Of a DNA stretch of 64,000 nucleotides, positions 11,405 to 22,223 are shown piece by piece (positions within the stretch are counted from its first letter, which is position 1; each line of letters starts with the position of its first letter). The stretch is from contig CAWHWX010000032.1 of the NCBI GenBank assembly GCA_963833125.1, positions 1-64,000 of the forward strand, given 5' to 3'. The position numbers and the translations under genes were made by a program. The stretch comes from Candidatus Bathyarchaeota archaeon. Its GTDB lineage: Archaea > Thermoproteota > Bathyarchaeia > 40CM-2-53-6. Below the pieces are notes generated by a model. The model saw nothing but the letters and a program-made list of their open reading frames with translations, was not told the origin of the DNA and searched no databases.

Positions 11405-11773
11405 CTACCGTTGGTGTTCGGCGATTGAGATGGGTAGCCCGTCGGGGTCGAGGCAGACGGCCAACTTGATCTTCTCATCTGGGCGATCGGTGGGCGGCAT
11501 AATGAAAGTGATTCCCTTTCCTTTGAGTTCTTTGAATTTGTCGTCAAGGTTGTCGACGTAGAACCCGATTGAAGCAGTACCCGCTTTCGGCTCATTAGAG
11601 ACCGCTGCGGCTTTCCCTCCGCCATGAAGAGCAAGCACCGTCGTCCCAGTTTCAAACTCTGTCCAATCAGGCGACTCGAAACGGAGACGTAGACCCAGTT
11701 TATCCCGGTAGAATTGCACCGACCGGGACATGTCGGACACCATGACCATCACGTAGTCTATGTGATCAAACAT
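11405..11773 (-). CDS. VOC/glyoxalase family protein
   Basis: VSDMSRSVQFYRDKLGL, IGFYVDNLD, DPDG. Confidence 0.85.
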   Translation of the reverse strand: MFDHIDYVMVMVSDMSRSVQFYRDKLGLRLRFESPDWTEFETGTTVLALHGGGKAAAVSNEPKAGTASIGFYVDNLDDKFKELKGKGITFIMPPTDRPDEKIKLAVCLDPDGLPISIAEHQR

Positions 11774-11877
11774 GACAGACCACACCTACTGGCAGATGCC
11801 GGCAGATTTCAACGTTCCGCGCCAGAAGACCACTCAACGCTTAAGTGAACGACCCTTCAGAGGGAGGTTGATGAAAT

Positions 11878-12261
11878 ATGGGTAAAGTTGTACACTTCGA
11901 GATTCCCGCTGACGATGTAGCCCGAGCAAAGAAATTCTACAACACCGTCTTCGGATGGAATTTCACCGACTATCCGGAAATGGAATACACGGGCGTAAGA
12001 ACTGTAGAATCCGACGAGAACGGAATGCCAAAGGAAACGGGCGCAATCAACGGCGGAATGGTGAAACGCCAAGACCCTGTTAAAACACCAATCATAACCA
12101 TCCAAGTCGACAACATGGATCAAGCAGCCGCAACTATCGAAAAGAACGGCGGCAAGATCGTCCGCCCCAAGATAGCAATTGGCGACATGGGCTTCGCAGC
12201 ATACTTCAAGGACACCGAAGGAAACGTAATCGGACTATTTCAATACGCCCGAGCGGCCTAA
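11878..12261 (+). CDS. VOC/glyoxalase family protein
   Basis: VVHFEIPADD...FYNTVFGW, AINGG, FKDTEGN. Confidence 0.88.
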   Translation: MGKVVHFEIPADDVARAKKFYNTVFGWNFTDYPEMEYTGVRTVESDENGMPKETGAINGGMVKRQDPVKTPIITIQVDNMDQAAATIEKNGGKIVRPKIAIGDMGFAAYFKDTEGNVIGLFQYARAA

Positions 12262-12597
12262 TATCCTCAACACCCAATCAACATCTTTTTTTCAGTTCAC
12301 GCCCTGATACGCGGTCACCTAAACGATCCTTGATTGGTTGAATCAAACCGTCAGCTCTCATTTTGGTCACTAGAGAACCGACACAATTGATTAGCGACAA
12401 TGTCACTACACTGAACGAAGCCTGATGCAAAGCGTTCTTGATTGGTTGCTTGAAGAGGAACAGCCACCTATTCGATACCTTACAATTAGAGAGTTGGCCT
12501 TAGAGTTCTCAAACGAATCGATGGCTCACTCCCAAATCTCACCGTTTCTTTCTCGTTCTACCTAGATTTCCGAGGTCAACAAATCGGGGCACATGTC

Positions 12598-13158
12598 ATG
12601 ACTAAACCAATTGTCAAACCTGGCGACGTCTACTCCCGAGTTTCCCTAGCAAATGGAGAAACTGCAATACTACGCGGACCGAACTGGAACGACCTGGACG
12701 ACCTAATCGATTACATAAACGGCCTTGTTGAGGAACGGGCTCCCATCACCAAAACTGAGAAGGTGACCCGCGAAGGTGAGGCGGAATGGTTGGGACAGAG
12801 GCTCGCAGAAATAGAGAACGGACACACGATTCATCTAGTTGCGGAAGTTGCTGGAAAAGTCGTTGGGGCAGGTGAAGTAAACCAACTGCCCGAGGAACGA
12901 AGCCACACAGGATATTTGGGAATCGGAATATCCAAAAGCCATCGCAGCCAAGGACTTGGCACCGCCTTCATGCAAACACTCAAAGAACTCTCCAAGAAAG
13001 CCGGACTGAAGATCCTGATCCTCGATGTCTTCGCCACGAACAAGGTCGCAATCACACTGTATGAGAAGATTGGGTTCAAAGAGGTTGGCAGAATTCCAAA
13101 GGGAATCTACCGGGATGGAAACTACATAGATATAATCAGAATGACCACGGAGCTCTGA
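12598..13158 (+). CDS. GNAT family N-acetyltransferase
   Basis: HRSQGLGT acetyl-CoA motif; N...LYEKIGF. Confidence 0.88.
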   Translation: MTKPIVKPGDVYSRVSLANGETAILRGPNWNDLDDLIDYINGLVEERAPITKTEKVTREGEAEWLGQRLAEIENGHTIHLVAEVAGKVVGAGEVNQLPEERSHTGYLGIGISKSHRSQGLGTAFMQTLKELSKKAGLKILILDVFATNKVAITLYEKIGFKEVGRIPKGIYRDGNYIDIIRMTTEL

Positions 13159-14146
13159 GCCGCACGAATGAGACAAGTGTGGCTGCTTTTCTGATGTCTC
13201 TTAGCCGCGCTGGTGGCTGAGTCCAATTCAAAGTGCAGCCGACCAACAGAATACTAGCATTCAACGAGATGGAAAGAACATCTTTCCATGAACATGTGCC
13301 ACACTCATAAGACCACCTACCTCTCGATCCATTATTGGCCAATAGCCATTCATTTATGAGGCGCGTGGGACACTTTGCACATTGGTTAAAGTCATGGCAA
13401 GCATCACGATTAAGGGGACGAGAAATGAGGTTCATTGCCAACATCAGTATTCTGACAACGCCTGGAAATGCGAAAAATGTGGCTATCAAATCCTCCCTGG
13501 ACTTATTGGAAAGATTACCGAAACCGGTTCTGGAGAAATAATGTCTACGGTGGTGTAATGGGATGATGTCTAGGTTCGAGAAGGAAGGTCAACGTTTTGT
13601 GTGTGATAAGTGTGGTTTCGAAACGAACAGCTCCGAAATCTTCCCGTTGCACAAGAAGAATTGTCCCAAAGTTTAGGTAAGTGGGGTTTATGGTGAAGTC
13701 TGACCCTGTCGCCATTGAGAAGTGGCTCAAGAACCGTTACAAACTTCTTTTCTTGAGAGTTAACGAGAGGACCGACCATGCCTTTGCGATTGTAGATTTA
13801 CCCGAATTGCCCGCGAATATATTCGAGCAGCCTTCTGATTGTACACTCTCCCTGAGCACACCCCGAAAAGCCGAAAGCGATTTCCTCAGAATGTCAGACT
13901 TCGATCAAGGTACAACTTTCTTTAACAGTAATGGTTGGGAGAAACGCCTACTAGAAATCACACGTAACTGAGTTCCTGGAAATCGCTATTGAGTCAATCT
14001 CAGTCGTTCCGATCTTTAGTCTCGCCTACTTTCGAAGTTCTTTAAAGTCAGCATCAGTTCACAGATTGCATGATTACGAATAAAGGGTCGTCGAAAAAAC
14101 CTACAATCTTCTATCTGGACCGAGAAACCCAACAGGTATCAATTTA

Positions 14147-14491
14147 ATGGGTTTAGCTCGGAAATTTGATTCCGAAAAGGGCGATACGGCTTCCACGGCC
14201 TTCGAGACGCTAGGAGCGTTATCCGAGAGGTTATGCGCTGAATTGAGTCAAAAGTATCAAAGCGTCAGCAGCGACGAAAAGCCCGGGTCGATTGCTTTTG
14301 AGAACCTTTGCTGGGCGGCCAGCATGATTCTCTCAAGTTGGCTCGGTCTGAGATTGGAATCCAAGTCCATAACCAAAGACGGAGAAGTTCATCCTGACGA
14401 GGAGCACCGTCTATACTTTGATGTTATACCGAGTGTTCTAAATGCATTCAAACAGGGAATAGAACAGGCAACATCTGACACAAGAAATTGA
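14147..14491 (+). CDS. Hypothetical protein
   Basis: 114-aa ATG ORF with protein-like composition; no motif recognised. Confidence 0.45.
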   Translation: MGLARKFDSEKGDTASTAFETLGALSERLCAELSQKYQSVSSDEKPGSIAFENLCWAASMILSSWLGLRLESKSITKDGEVHPDEEHRLYFDVIPSVLNAFKQGIEQATSDTRN

Positions 14492-14660
14492 GCGGAACTG
14501 TCTTCCAGGAGAAGACTCAGAGAGTCAACCACTTGTTCTCTCCTAGAACTTAGATGCCTGCGGTTTCTGCAAGCGTTCTCTTGTCGAGTGATTGGTGCGT
14601 AGCGGTTTCGAAGCGTATGGTTATATGCTGTTCGAAATTAGATATGTCTCGGGTTCTGGT

Positions 14661-15074
14661 TTGAGTAAGCTTCGCCCCGCCGCTGTTGTGATATTAGTTG
14701 CCCTAGCGGTGATCCTTTCATTGAGTGTAGGCCAAGTATGGGCGCTGACCTTCAATCCAAATCCTCCGATCGCGGGTCAGCCTTTCACAGTAAGCGGGAA
14801 TACTGGGGGACCAAGCATACCTTTTGGGGTCTTTCCGACTTCGAACTGTGCGGGTGGTTTCATAGTCTTTACGACTGTTGCAACTGGCGTGTTTACTATT
14901 ACCGTGCCGGGTCAACCCGCGGGGCAGTACAGCATATCTGAAAATGGTTGCGTCAACTTCACTATCGTTCCCGCAGCAGTTCCAGAGTATCCCCTCGGAT
15001 TGGGTCTACTCGCGATACTTGCGGTAATGGGCTACGGCATCGTCCAACGCAGAACTCGAAACTCACCCCACTAA
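14661..15074 (+). CDS. Small surface protein with VPEYPLG (PEF-CTERM-like) sorting tail
   Basis: Signal peptide, small beta domain, then VPEYPLG-TM-QRRT; paralog of 17047..17460. Confidence 0.8.
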   Translation: MSKLRPAAVVILVALAVILSLSVGQVWALTFNPNPPIAGQPFTVSGNTGGPSIPFGVFPTSNCAGGFIVFTTVATGVFTITVPGQPAGQYSISENGCVNFTIVPAAVPEYPLGLGLLAILAVMGYGIVQRRTRNSPH

Positions 15075-15094
15075 ACGCGGCTATGGGGAACGTA

Positions 15095-15628
15095 ATGAAG
15101 AGAATTGCACTCGGAACGCTCTTGTTTCTTCTTTTTTGCATAGCCTGCACTTTGCCGTCGGCAATAGCTGACCAAGATCAATCGCACACACTGAACTCTA
15201 ACTTCTGGACAGTCCAATACACGATTTCAGACGTGAACGTAGCGCCGGGACAGGTACTCACCCTCGACATCACCTTCACAGCAAAGGTTACGATCTATGA
15301 CTTCAGTTTGCAGGTAGTTTCAAATCCCGCCTCACTCGTGGCTGACGGTGTATGGACGTTTCCCACGCCCAACGATGAAATTCTCCCAGACCTTTCGCAG
15401 CCACACACATTTCAAGTAAACATTCCCAGTAACGCGGCCACGGGAACGCAATACCAGCTCGACCTACAACTCCAAGGCTATAACGACACTGCAAAGTTTC
15501 CTTTCGTGAATTGGGGTTGGCTTGGATTCTATTCTTACCGAGGATTCTTCTTCTTGATGGAGAAACCAGAGTACACTCAAGACACCAACACGACGTTAGG
15601 GCAGTCAATTGTGCTAACAGTCACGTAG
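15095..15628 (+). CDS. Secreted Ig-like hypothetical protein
   Basis: MKRIALGTLLFLLF signal peptide; beta-rich body. Confidence 0.6.
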   Translation: MKRIALGTLLFLLFCIACTLPSAIADQDQSHTLNSNFWTVQYTISDVNVAPGQVLTLDITFTAKVTIYDFSLQVVSNPASLVADGVWTFPTPNDEILPDLSQPHTFQVNIPSNAATGTQYQLDLQLQGYNDTAKFPFVNWGWLGFYSYRGFFFLMEKPEYTQDTNTTLGQSIVLTVT

Positions 15629-15748
15629 AGAACAACGGTTCGTTCATTAGTTTGACTATTTAGAGGAAAGCAAAAACGATGAGTTCGCTGAAAAGTGTAA
15701 ACAAATAGCAAAAATCGTGTCTCAGGGTACTCTGGCGCTGTTATTGCG

Positions 15749-15905
15749 ATGTCCGAGAAGGCAGCCGGTAGTAACGACGTGAATTCATTCGACAGTAAAA
15801 TTGTGACGGAGGAGGAGCTTCTAAGCTTCCTTGATGATGGGGAAGTTAGTTCAACAGTTAGCCAATGGCAAGCTGCTAGTGCACAAACCAGTTCAAGTTA
15901 CTGTG
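15749..15905 (+). pseudogene. Integrase C-terminal-tail-like remnant (repeat copy 1)
   Basis: KIVTEEELLSFLDDG.. VQQLANGKLLV across a frameshift; homologous to 20143-20300 and 27805-27906. Confidence 0.5.
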
Positions 15906-16063
15906 AAAATCGACAGGTAACGGTACCTCTACGGTTGATAACTCAAAAGAAGTTAAATCCACTTCATTAGAGGAACATTCCTGTTCGGAATCGAATACTG
16001 CATCGAGAGCCGAAGCAGTCTTATTATGCCTAGGAGTCGACATCTGCGACAGGGTTCGTTTTC

Positions 16064-16898
16064 TTGAGAGGTGTAATGGCTGGGCTTGGATTACTAGCTC
16101 TGCTGTTCATGTTTCTGTTCGTGTTGGTGCCGCTGCATGTTCACGCTAGTACGCCGATAGTCTTCGATTCATCCGCTACCAACAATTGTGCCTGCACCTC
16201 GTTGTCTTGGTCGCATACGGTGGGGACGGGCAGTAACGGAATTCTAATCGTTGGGCTCTCCGGTTTTAAGAATGACCCTGCTACCAGTGTTACGTTTGGC
16301 CCCAAGTCACTCTCTCGTGTGGGCAATCGCCTGGGTTTTGCTAATGTAAATGTTGAGTTGTGGGATCTCCTTAACCCATCGAGCGCCTGCGCCCCTGCAC
16401 CCGCTCCTTGCACCGCAACTGTCAGCGTCACCATCACGGGTGGCAATATCTTGGCTGGGGGGTCAGTTTCATACTTTAATGTCGGGGGCACCGGAACCGT
16501 TGCCTCAGCCGATGACGGAGGAATCCCAGGAACCACTGGTTCAGTCACGGTGAGCAGCAGTAACTCCGGTGACCTCGTCGTCGATGCGTTTGGGGCATAT
16601 AACAACGTGGCCACACCCACCGCTTCTCCGGGTTCGAGTCAAAGTCAGCGTTGGAACACAGGACTGGTTCATCCAATCTCAGAGCGCGTTCTTTGTTGGA
16701 GGGGGGAGCGACAAACCAGACTCTCCACCCGTAACCATGACCTGGTCATTCGCCACCCCCACCTTTTGGTCGTTGATTGCAGTCCCACTGACACCCGCCT
16801 CACCAATCCCAGAATACCCGCTTGGAGTACCGATACTTGCAATCCTCATGCTAATCGGGTACGGAGTAATTAGACGTAGAGCGATTCACGAAACCTAA
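16064..16898 (+). CDS. Surface protein with IPEYPLG sorting tail (frameshift near 16670)
   Basis: Conserved signal GLGLLALLFMFLFVLVPLHVHA; tail lies in ORF 16569..16898; body similar to 28054..28854. Confidence 0.8.
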
Positions 16899-16948
16899 AC
16901 TCCAGCAAGTTACTGTGGAAATCGACTGCCTTTCGAGGAGGAATCACG

Positions 16949-17010
16949 TTTTACTCGGACAGTTCGGTTGGGACAAAGTATTTTCGTCCTACAGTTCTGT
17001 AGGAATGAAG
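16949..17010. repeat. Two tandem 11-8-11 inverted-repeat sites (32-bp period)
   Basis: TTTTACTCGGA-CAGTTCGG-TTGGGACAAAG and TTTTCGTCCTA-CAGTTCTG-TAGGAATGAAG. Confidence 0.7.
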
Positions 17011-17046
17011 ACACTGGAACGGCTTGGCCTCTAAGGCCCGACGACC

Positions 17047-17460
17047 TCAACTGAGGTTGTTCTGGGTTCTGCGTCTGATTACGCCGTAGGTGACTACCAT
17101 GAAGATTGCGAGTATTAGTAGTCCCAAGGGGTATTCAGGTATCGGTGGAGCGGATTGGACTGTGAAGTTCACGCAACTGGGTGAGTCACCCTCAACGGCT
17201 ACACTGTATTGGCCCGCCGGTAGACCAGACACAGTCACCGTATACGAGACAATGGTGGTTGTTGACATAGAGACAACTACGGTTCCCGTACAGCCTGAGC
17301 CAGTGAACACCTCAACATTTCCCAGCTTAAGCGGCCCAGTCAATGTGAACGGTTGACCTGCTATAGGGGAGGCAGGGTTGACCATCAGTGCTAGGACAGG
17401 CGTCAAACTGAATAGTGAAACAAAAACAACCAACGCAACCATAAGCCTCCTACTCTGCAA
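17047..17460 (-). CDS. Small surface protein with IPEYPLG sorting tail
   Basis: Signal peptide; PIAGQPFT...PAGQYS...CVNFT shared with the 14661 gene; IPEYPLG-TM-RRR. Confidence 0.8.
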   Translation of the reverse strand: MQSRRLMVALVVFVSLFSLTPVLALMVNPASPIAGQPFTLTGPLKLGNVEVFTGSGCTGTVVVSMSTTTIVSYTVTVSGLPAGQYSVAVEGDSPSCVNFTVQSAPPIPEYPLGLLILAIFMVVTYGVIRRRTQNNLS

Positions 17461-17576
17461 ATCCTACCATCACCGGCTAGCCAGATAGCGAGAATGTAGG
17501 CTAATTTGCTTTGCGGTCTGTTTTGTCAACTTAGTTTCGAGTTCTACTTCCAAAAAGTAGGTTTTGTTAGGCGCTC

Positions 17577-18487
17577 TTATTGCTGCTCCATGTCGTGATA
17601 GAGTTGGAGCGCCTCGGTCAGCCGCTGGCGCGCTTCAGGGGTGTAAGGCTCGCATTGAAACATGATGTGCTGCACGCCGAGTTCCGCATAGCCGCGCATT
17701 GCCACTGCGATCTCCTGCACCGTACCTGTCAGGGGATTGTCGAAGAAACTCGGTTTCTTTGCTTGGAGATCGGGGAACCAGAGGCCGATGAGCGCCGTGA
17801 TGCCAAGCGTCGCCGGGTCGCGCCCGATCTCGCGGCACGCGGCTTCGATTTTGGCGAGCGGCTCGGCCATTGTTTCAGGTTTGCCCATATAGCCAGTGTT
17901 CCAGAGGTCGGCATACTGTGCGGTCAGCTTGAGCATGCGCGGACCCCTTCGCTTCCCACCATCAACGGCGGCCCTTCTGACCGCGGACCGCGCGGCACGA
18001 TGTCGCAGTTTCGCGCTTGATAATACCGTCCCGCGAAATCGACATGTCCTTCACGCAGCAGCGGCTTGAGGATCTGCAAGGCTTCTTCGAAGCGGTCCAC
18101 GCGATGATCGAAGGGCAACCCGAACGCCTGATACTCCGGCTCGTTCCATCCCGCGCCGACACCCAGGATCAAGCGCCCGTGGCTCACCTCGTCGGCGGTC
18201 GTCGCCATTTTCGCCAGGATCGCCGGATTGCGGAAGGAATTGCACACAACCAGCGTGCCGATCTCCACGCGCTGTGTCGCTTCGGCCAGCGCCGCCAGCA
18301 CGATCCAGCATTCCCAAATTCCCCGGGTCGGCTCACCAGGATTGCGATAGAAGAGATGGTCGGGGAGCCAGATGCTATCGAAGCCATCCGTTTCCGCTTG
18401 TTGTGCGATTTCGCGGATCGTATCATAAGGGCGCTTGCTGTTGTTTTCGCGGTCGTTCGCCAGAAAGACCATCAGCCCAATCTTCAC
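17577..18487 (-). CDS. LLM class flavin-dependent oxidoreductase (frameshift near 17940), high GC
   Basis: GFDSIWLPDH, RNPAILAKMA, GRLILGVGAGW motifs. Confidence 0.88.
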
Positions 18488-18737
18488 TGCTTGCTCACTC
18501 GAACATTCTCTTGCAATATTGGTTATTCTTAACTTGCAGAGGCTCAAAAATCACGTAGAGAACAAAGGTCAGAGACGAAAGTGGATGTTTCTTTAGACCT
18601 TAAAACTGGTACCTACTCACTGAATATGTCGAAGAGTGCAAGCATATTATTCTTGATGGAGACCAGATGCAATCGTTAAGTTCTCTAGCTATCTAGTCAG
18701 AGAACTAGTAAGTATCGAAAATTCGACTGCCCCTATG

Positions 18738-19658
18738 TTAATCGGTAACTTTGGAGCCCCAGGCTTTAGGTCTGTATTTGCCTTTTGCCGAGGCTTCGTT
18801 CTCCGGCTGCTCCTGGGCTTTCGGTTGCGCTTGTTGTTGAGTTGGTTGCTCATCCTCTGGCGCAGATGCAACAGCTCCGACATGGGGCGGGGTTTGGAGT
18901 TGTGATGGTTTCGGTGTTGAGGGTGGAGAGTTTTTGGCGGCTGCCGTCGTGGAGGTCGGGGTTTGATTTGATTCTTCCCCTTTCGGTGCGGCTTGAGCGG
19001 GTATCTTAGAGTCTGCCGCAGCTGGCTGCGACGTGGCAGCTTGTGGGGCGGGTTTACTTGTAGTCGGCGTAGTCGGCTTCGAAGCAGTAGACTGTGTAAT
19101 TGCGTTCCGGTTTTTCAAGTCACTTTCGTAACTCGAGACTCGGCCTGAGAGTTCGCTGAAATTAGAATCAGAACGTTTGGATATTGCTACTGCAGCGATA
19201 ATGGCAAGAATGGCTAGAACAACGCTGATAATCGAAACCCATTCCTCTATGTTTGCCTCTTGACTCAAAGCATTATTCGAGGAGCTTAAGGCGCTCATCT
19301 GGCCGCTTATACTTGCTACTTGGATCTGCAAGCTAGCAAATGCATCGGATACATTTGTTGTCTCTCGTGAAACAATTGCGGCGGTGGCATTCGCAGTACT
19401 GTTGGCCAAAGTCGTTGTAGATGAATTAGTGGAGCTCACACTTTGACTAACCGTCGCGTTTGTGACCTGTACTGGTCCGACTAAGTTCGGCGTGACAAAT
19501 TGCGAGGAAGCGTGAACACTCTGCGCAAGCAAAACAACGGAAAGGGTCAGCAGAAGAAGCGTGAAGCCTATATTAGGTCTCAACCGACAAATCACCCTCA
19601 ATCCTTTCTGACCAATTCCCATAATGCTAAGTAGAAAAAGTGTTCGGCGTACAAACAA
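18738..19658 (-). CDS. Single-pass membrane protein with low-complexity P/Q/T/A tail
   Basis: Signal peptide, Ser/Thr-rich segment, coiled-coil, TM helix, disordered tail. Confidence 0.6.
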   Translation of the reverse strand: MFVRRTLFLLSIMGIGQKGLRVICRLRPNIGFTLLLLTLSVVLLAQSVHASSQFVTPNLVGPVQVTNATVSQSVSSTNSSTTTLANSTANATAAIVSRETTNVSDAFASLQIQVASISGQMSALSSSNNALSQEANIEEWVSIISVVLAILAIIAAVAISKRSDSNFSELSGRVSSYESDLKNRNAITQSTASKPTTPTTSKPAPQAATSQPAAADSKIPAQAAPKGEESNQTPTSTTAAAKNSPPSTPKPSQLQTPPHVGAVASAPEDEQPTQQQAQPKAQEQPENEASAKGKYRPKAWGSKVTD

Positions 19659-19801
19659 AATATTGCAGAATAATATTGAAAGCTTCTACATACCAGTTTA
19701 ACTCTTCTGTGTGTGTACGCACTATGAGCCCCCTCACACACTCCTAATGTGACAGGCGGCAAATTTTTAACATCGAGCTTAGTATTTTCGGGACGATTCT
19801 A

Positions 19802-20105
19802 ATGTTGTATCTTGTGTCTGGAGAATTTATCGAGGGTTCAGTAACCTCTGAAACGTTTCCACAAGTCTGGGATCAAGTGCATTCGTCCTAGCCTTGAATC
19901 TCTCGCCAAAATGGCTGACGAGAAGAAACTCACAGGTGGCATCTTAGCAGGCCAAAGAGCAGGTGCATTCGTTATTGATGCTCAGTCAAACGAAGAAGTT
20001 GGCACCATATTGGCTGGCCTTCCCTTTTGGGGTTTAGTCAAGTGGGATGTAAAACCGTTGCAATCGATTCGCAGTGCGATTGAATGCGTTATCGCAAAGC
20101 AGTAG
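19802..20105 (+). CDS. Muconolactone-isomerase-like small protein (frameshift near 19880)
   Basis: MLYLVSGEF... joins GGILAGQRAGAFVIDAQSNEEV...LPFW...WDVKPL. Confidence 0.5.
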
Positions 20106-20142
20106 AACGCTTGAAAGCCTCTCGTTGAAAACGAGCTAGCGC

Positions 20143-20300
20143 CTTCTGAGAAGGCCCCCGGCAGTAATGGCGTGAACGGATTCAGCATCAAGATTGTGAT
20201 GGAGTAGGAACTTCTAGGCTTCCTTGATGATGGGAATTAGTTCATCAGTTAGCCAACGGAAAGCTGCTAGTACGCAAACCAGTTCAAGTTCCCGTGAAAA
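20143..20300 (+). pseudogene. Integrase C-terminal-tail-like remnant (repeat copy 2)
   Basis: SEKAPGSNGVNGFSIKIVME*ELLGFLDDG..QLANGKLLVRKPVQV, with an internal stop. Confidence 0.5.
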
Positions 20301-20451
20301 CCGACAGATAACTGTAACTCTATGGTCGATAGTTCAGAAAATCAAATTCACATCGTTCGGCGAGCATTGCTGTTCCAATTCGAAGCTAATGGCGAACGGA
20401 AATAAGTCATATTAGGTGCAGGCATCAAGCTCTGCGTTAAGGTTCGTGTCC

Positions 20452-21237
20452 TTGAAACGGGTGACGATTGGGTTTGGCTTACTAGTAGTTATGTTCATGT
20501 TTCTGGTCGTTTACGTACCGTTGCCTGTTCACGCCGCATCTACCCTAGTCCAACAGAAAGAAGGTGATTGCGCCTCCTGCACAACGCTTCCGATAACTTT
20601 CCCAAGCAACGTTGCAAGCGGAGACGTAATCGTAGTAACGATGCTTGTCGACCCTTCGTTGACATCTATCACTGATTCGTTGCTTTCAACCTTCACTCAA
20701 GCCGTATCATTCAACTGTGATGGCGGTAGCACAATTTGCTACATCTACTACGCAACGCTTGCATCAAGTGGGGCTGATACAATCACAATTACCATCCCAG
20801 GTACCCACATCGTCATTGAAGCGTATATTTACGAGGTTTCAGGCGTAGCCACGCCGCCAACCGTGACATCCGTCAACACTGGGACGGGTACTTCCGTTTC
20901 CACGGCCCCCACCGCTTTCCAAAGCGGAGCTTTCCTCCTTGGAACACTCGTCTGTTCTTTAGGGACATGTACGGTTACGAGCCCTTTCACTCAATCCCTT
21001 AGTGGAGGAAGCCTCTTTCTGTTTGAGGAATATGCCACCTCTGGCGTATCTTCTCCGACAACTTTCCCAGCGACTTTTACTCCATCCATCGAGGGTGCTC
21101 AATGGAATGATGTTGGGTTAGTCCTCAACCCCGCACCATCCCAACCAATCCCAGAGTATCCACTCGGCCTACCAATCCTAGCAATCCTCACGATACTCGC
21201 ATACGGCGTAATCAGACGGAAAACTGTCACGAAATAA
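20452..21237 (+). CDS. Surface protein with IPEYPLG sorting tail
   Basis: Conserved signal (GFGLLVVMFMFLVVYVPLPVHA), Thr/Ser-rich beta body, IPEYPLG-TM-RRK. Confidence 0.85.
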   Translation: MKRVTIGFGLLVVMFMFLVVYVPLPVHAASTLVQQKEGDCASCTTLPITFPSNVASGDVIVVTMLVDPSLTSITDSLLSTFTQAVSFNCDGGSTICYIYYATLASSGADTITITIPGTHIVIEAYIYEVSGVATPPTVTSVNTGTGTSVSTAPTAFQSGAFLLGTLVCSLGTCTVTSPFTQSLSGGSLFLFEEYATSGVSSPTTFPATFTPSIEGAQWNDVGLVLNPAPSQPIPEYPLGLPILAILTILAYGVIRRKTVTK

Positions 21238-21271
21238 GATTAAGAACGCATTCAATCGCCCGCAAAGTATT
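21144..21271 (+). repeat. 128-bp direct repeat, copy 1 (copy 2 at 22958-23085)
   Basis: One mismatch by eye; covers the sorting tail and 34 nt of 3' flank. Confidence 0.9.
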
Positions 21272-21460
21272 GTGGTGTAGTATTTTCGTTCGGTTCTTTG
21301 GGTATGTACGGATAAGATGGTTTAGCCCGCTTCATATTTGAACTCCTACGAATCCGAAACGAATCATCTACTTGAGAAAAGGTAAAGAAAGTACTGACCC
21401 AAGGCTGATGCCTCATCATAGACTACAAGGGACTGGCTTACGGGTTCGCGCTCGAAGCCG

Positions 21461-22084
21461 TCAAGCCCCAGTCTCCTTTATGGCGCGTGCGCTTACAATC
21501 ATAGTAGATCGGGTCGTTCGTTTCCAGGAAATGTCTCTGAACTCAGCCTCCTCCAGTAGTCTACGCATCTCGCTTTCTGAGTAAAGATGTACGTCACCTC
21601 CGTGCCCAAATGGCGTGAAGAAGTTGACTAGCCTATTCAACAGGGATGGGGGACACATCTCGCCGATAATTACTCGCCCCCTGTTCTTCAATACGCGGCG
21701 TACTTCCCTCAAAACCGTCACTGGGTGCTCGTAGTGGTGGAATGAGAGATTGATAGTGACAGCCTCGAACGAATCGTTCGACCACGGTAACCTCTCGGAG
21801 TCACCAACACGAAGATCCACATCTGCACCCAGCTTCTCCCGAGCTTTGCTCATCATCTCCGGTGAGAAGTCTAAACCGGCTATTCTAACTCCGCTATCCA
21901 AACTTGAAAGCAAGGTTCCCGTGCCACATCCCACATCTAGAACCGACGTAACTGGTTCGAGTTTCAATTCAGCTAAAATGAATGGATGTGTCCGCCTCGT
22001 CCAGTCGCTAGACTTCGAGTCATATGTGGATGCGGCTTCGTTGAATTTTCGAAGTGACTCTTGTTTGCGTTGACTTGACATCAA
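21461..22084 (-). CDS. Class I SAM-dependent methyltransferase
   Basis: VLDVGCGTG, GLDFSPEM, GDSERLP, EVRRVLK. Confidence 0.9.
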   Translation of the reverse strand: MMSSQRKQESLRKFNEAASTYDSKSSDWTRRTHPFILAELKLEPVTSVLDVGCGTGTLLSSLDSGVRIAGLDFSPEMMSKAREKLGADVDLRVGDSERLPWSNDSFEAVTINLSFHHYEHPVTVLREVRRVLKNRGRVIIGEMCPPSLLNRLVNFFTPFGHGGDVHLYSESEMRRLLEEAEFRDISWKRTTRSTMIVSARAIKETGA

Positions 22085-22223
22085 TTTTTTCTTTCTCTTG
22101 CTTGAGTTCGTGGAGTGCCTAGTTGAAAACTAACATTGCTGTTCCGAATCGTAATCTGATATCGAAAGCCGAATGAGGTCTTATTAAGTTCAGACACAGT
22201 GACTTGCGCTTGGGTTCGTGTTT

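Noticed and set aside
13136-13971. Several short overlapping ORFs
   Set aside because: No recognisable motif or consistent frame; probably decayed fragments.
16949-17010. 32-bp tandem palindromic units as CRISPR repeats
   Set aside because: Only 2 nt separate the units, and other copies are dispersed kilobases apart.
17580-18558. Multiple long antisense and alternate-frame ORFs
   Set aside because: Shadow ORFs of the GC-rich LLM gene.
15621-18565. 15-bp direct repeat TCACGTAGAGAACAA at 15621 and 18551
   Set aside because: Only two copies, one inside a coding 3' end; cannot be tied to an element boundary without comparative data.
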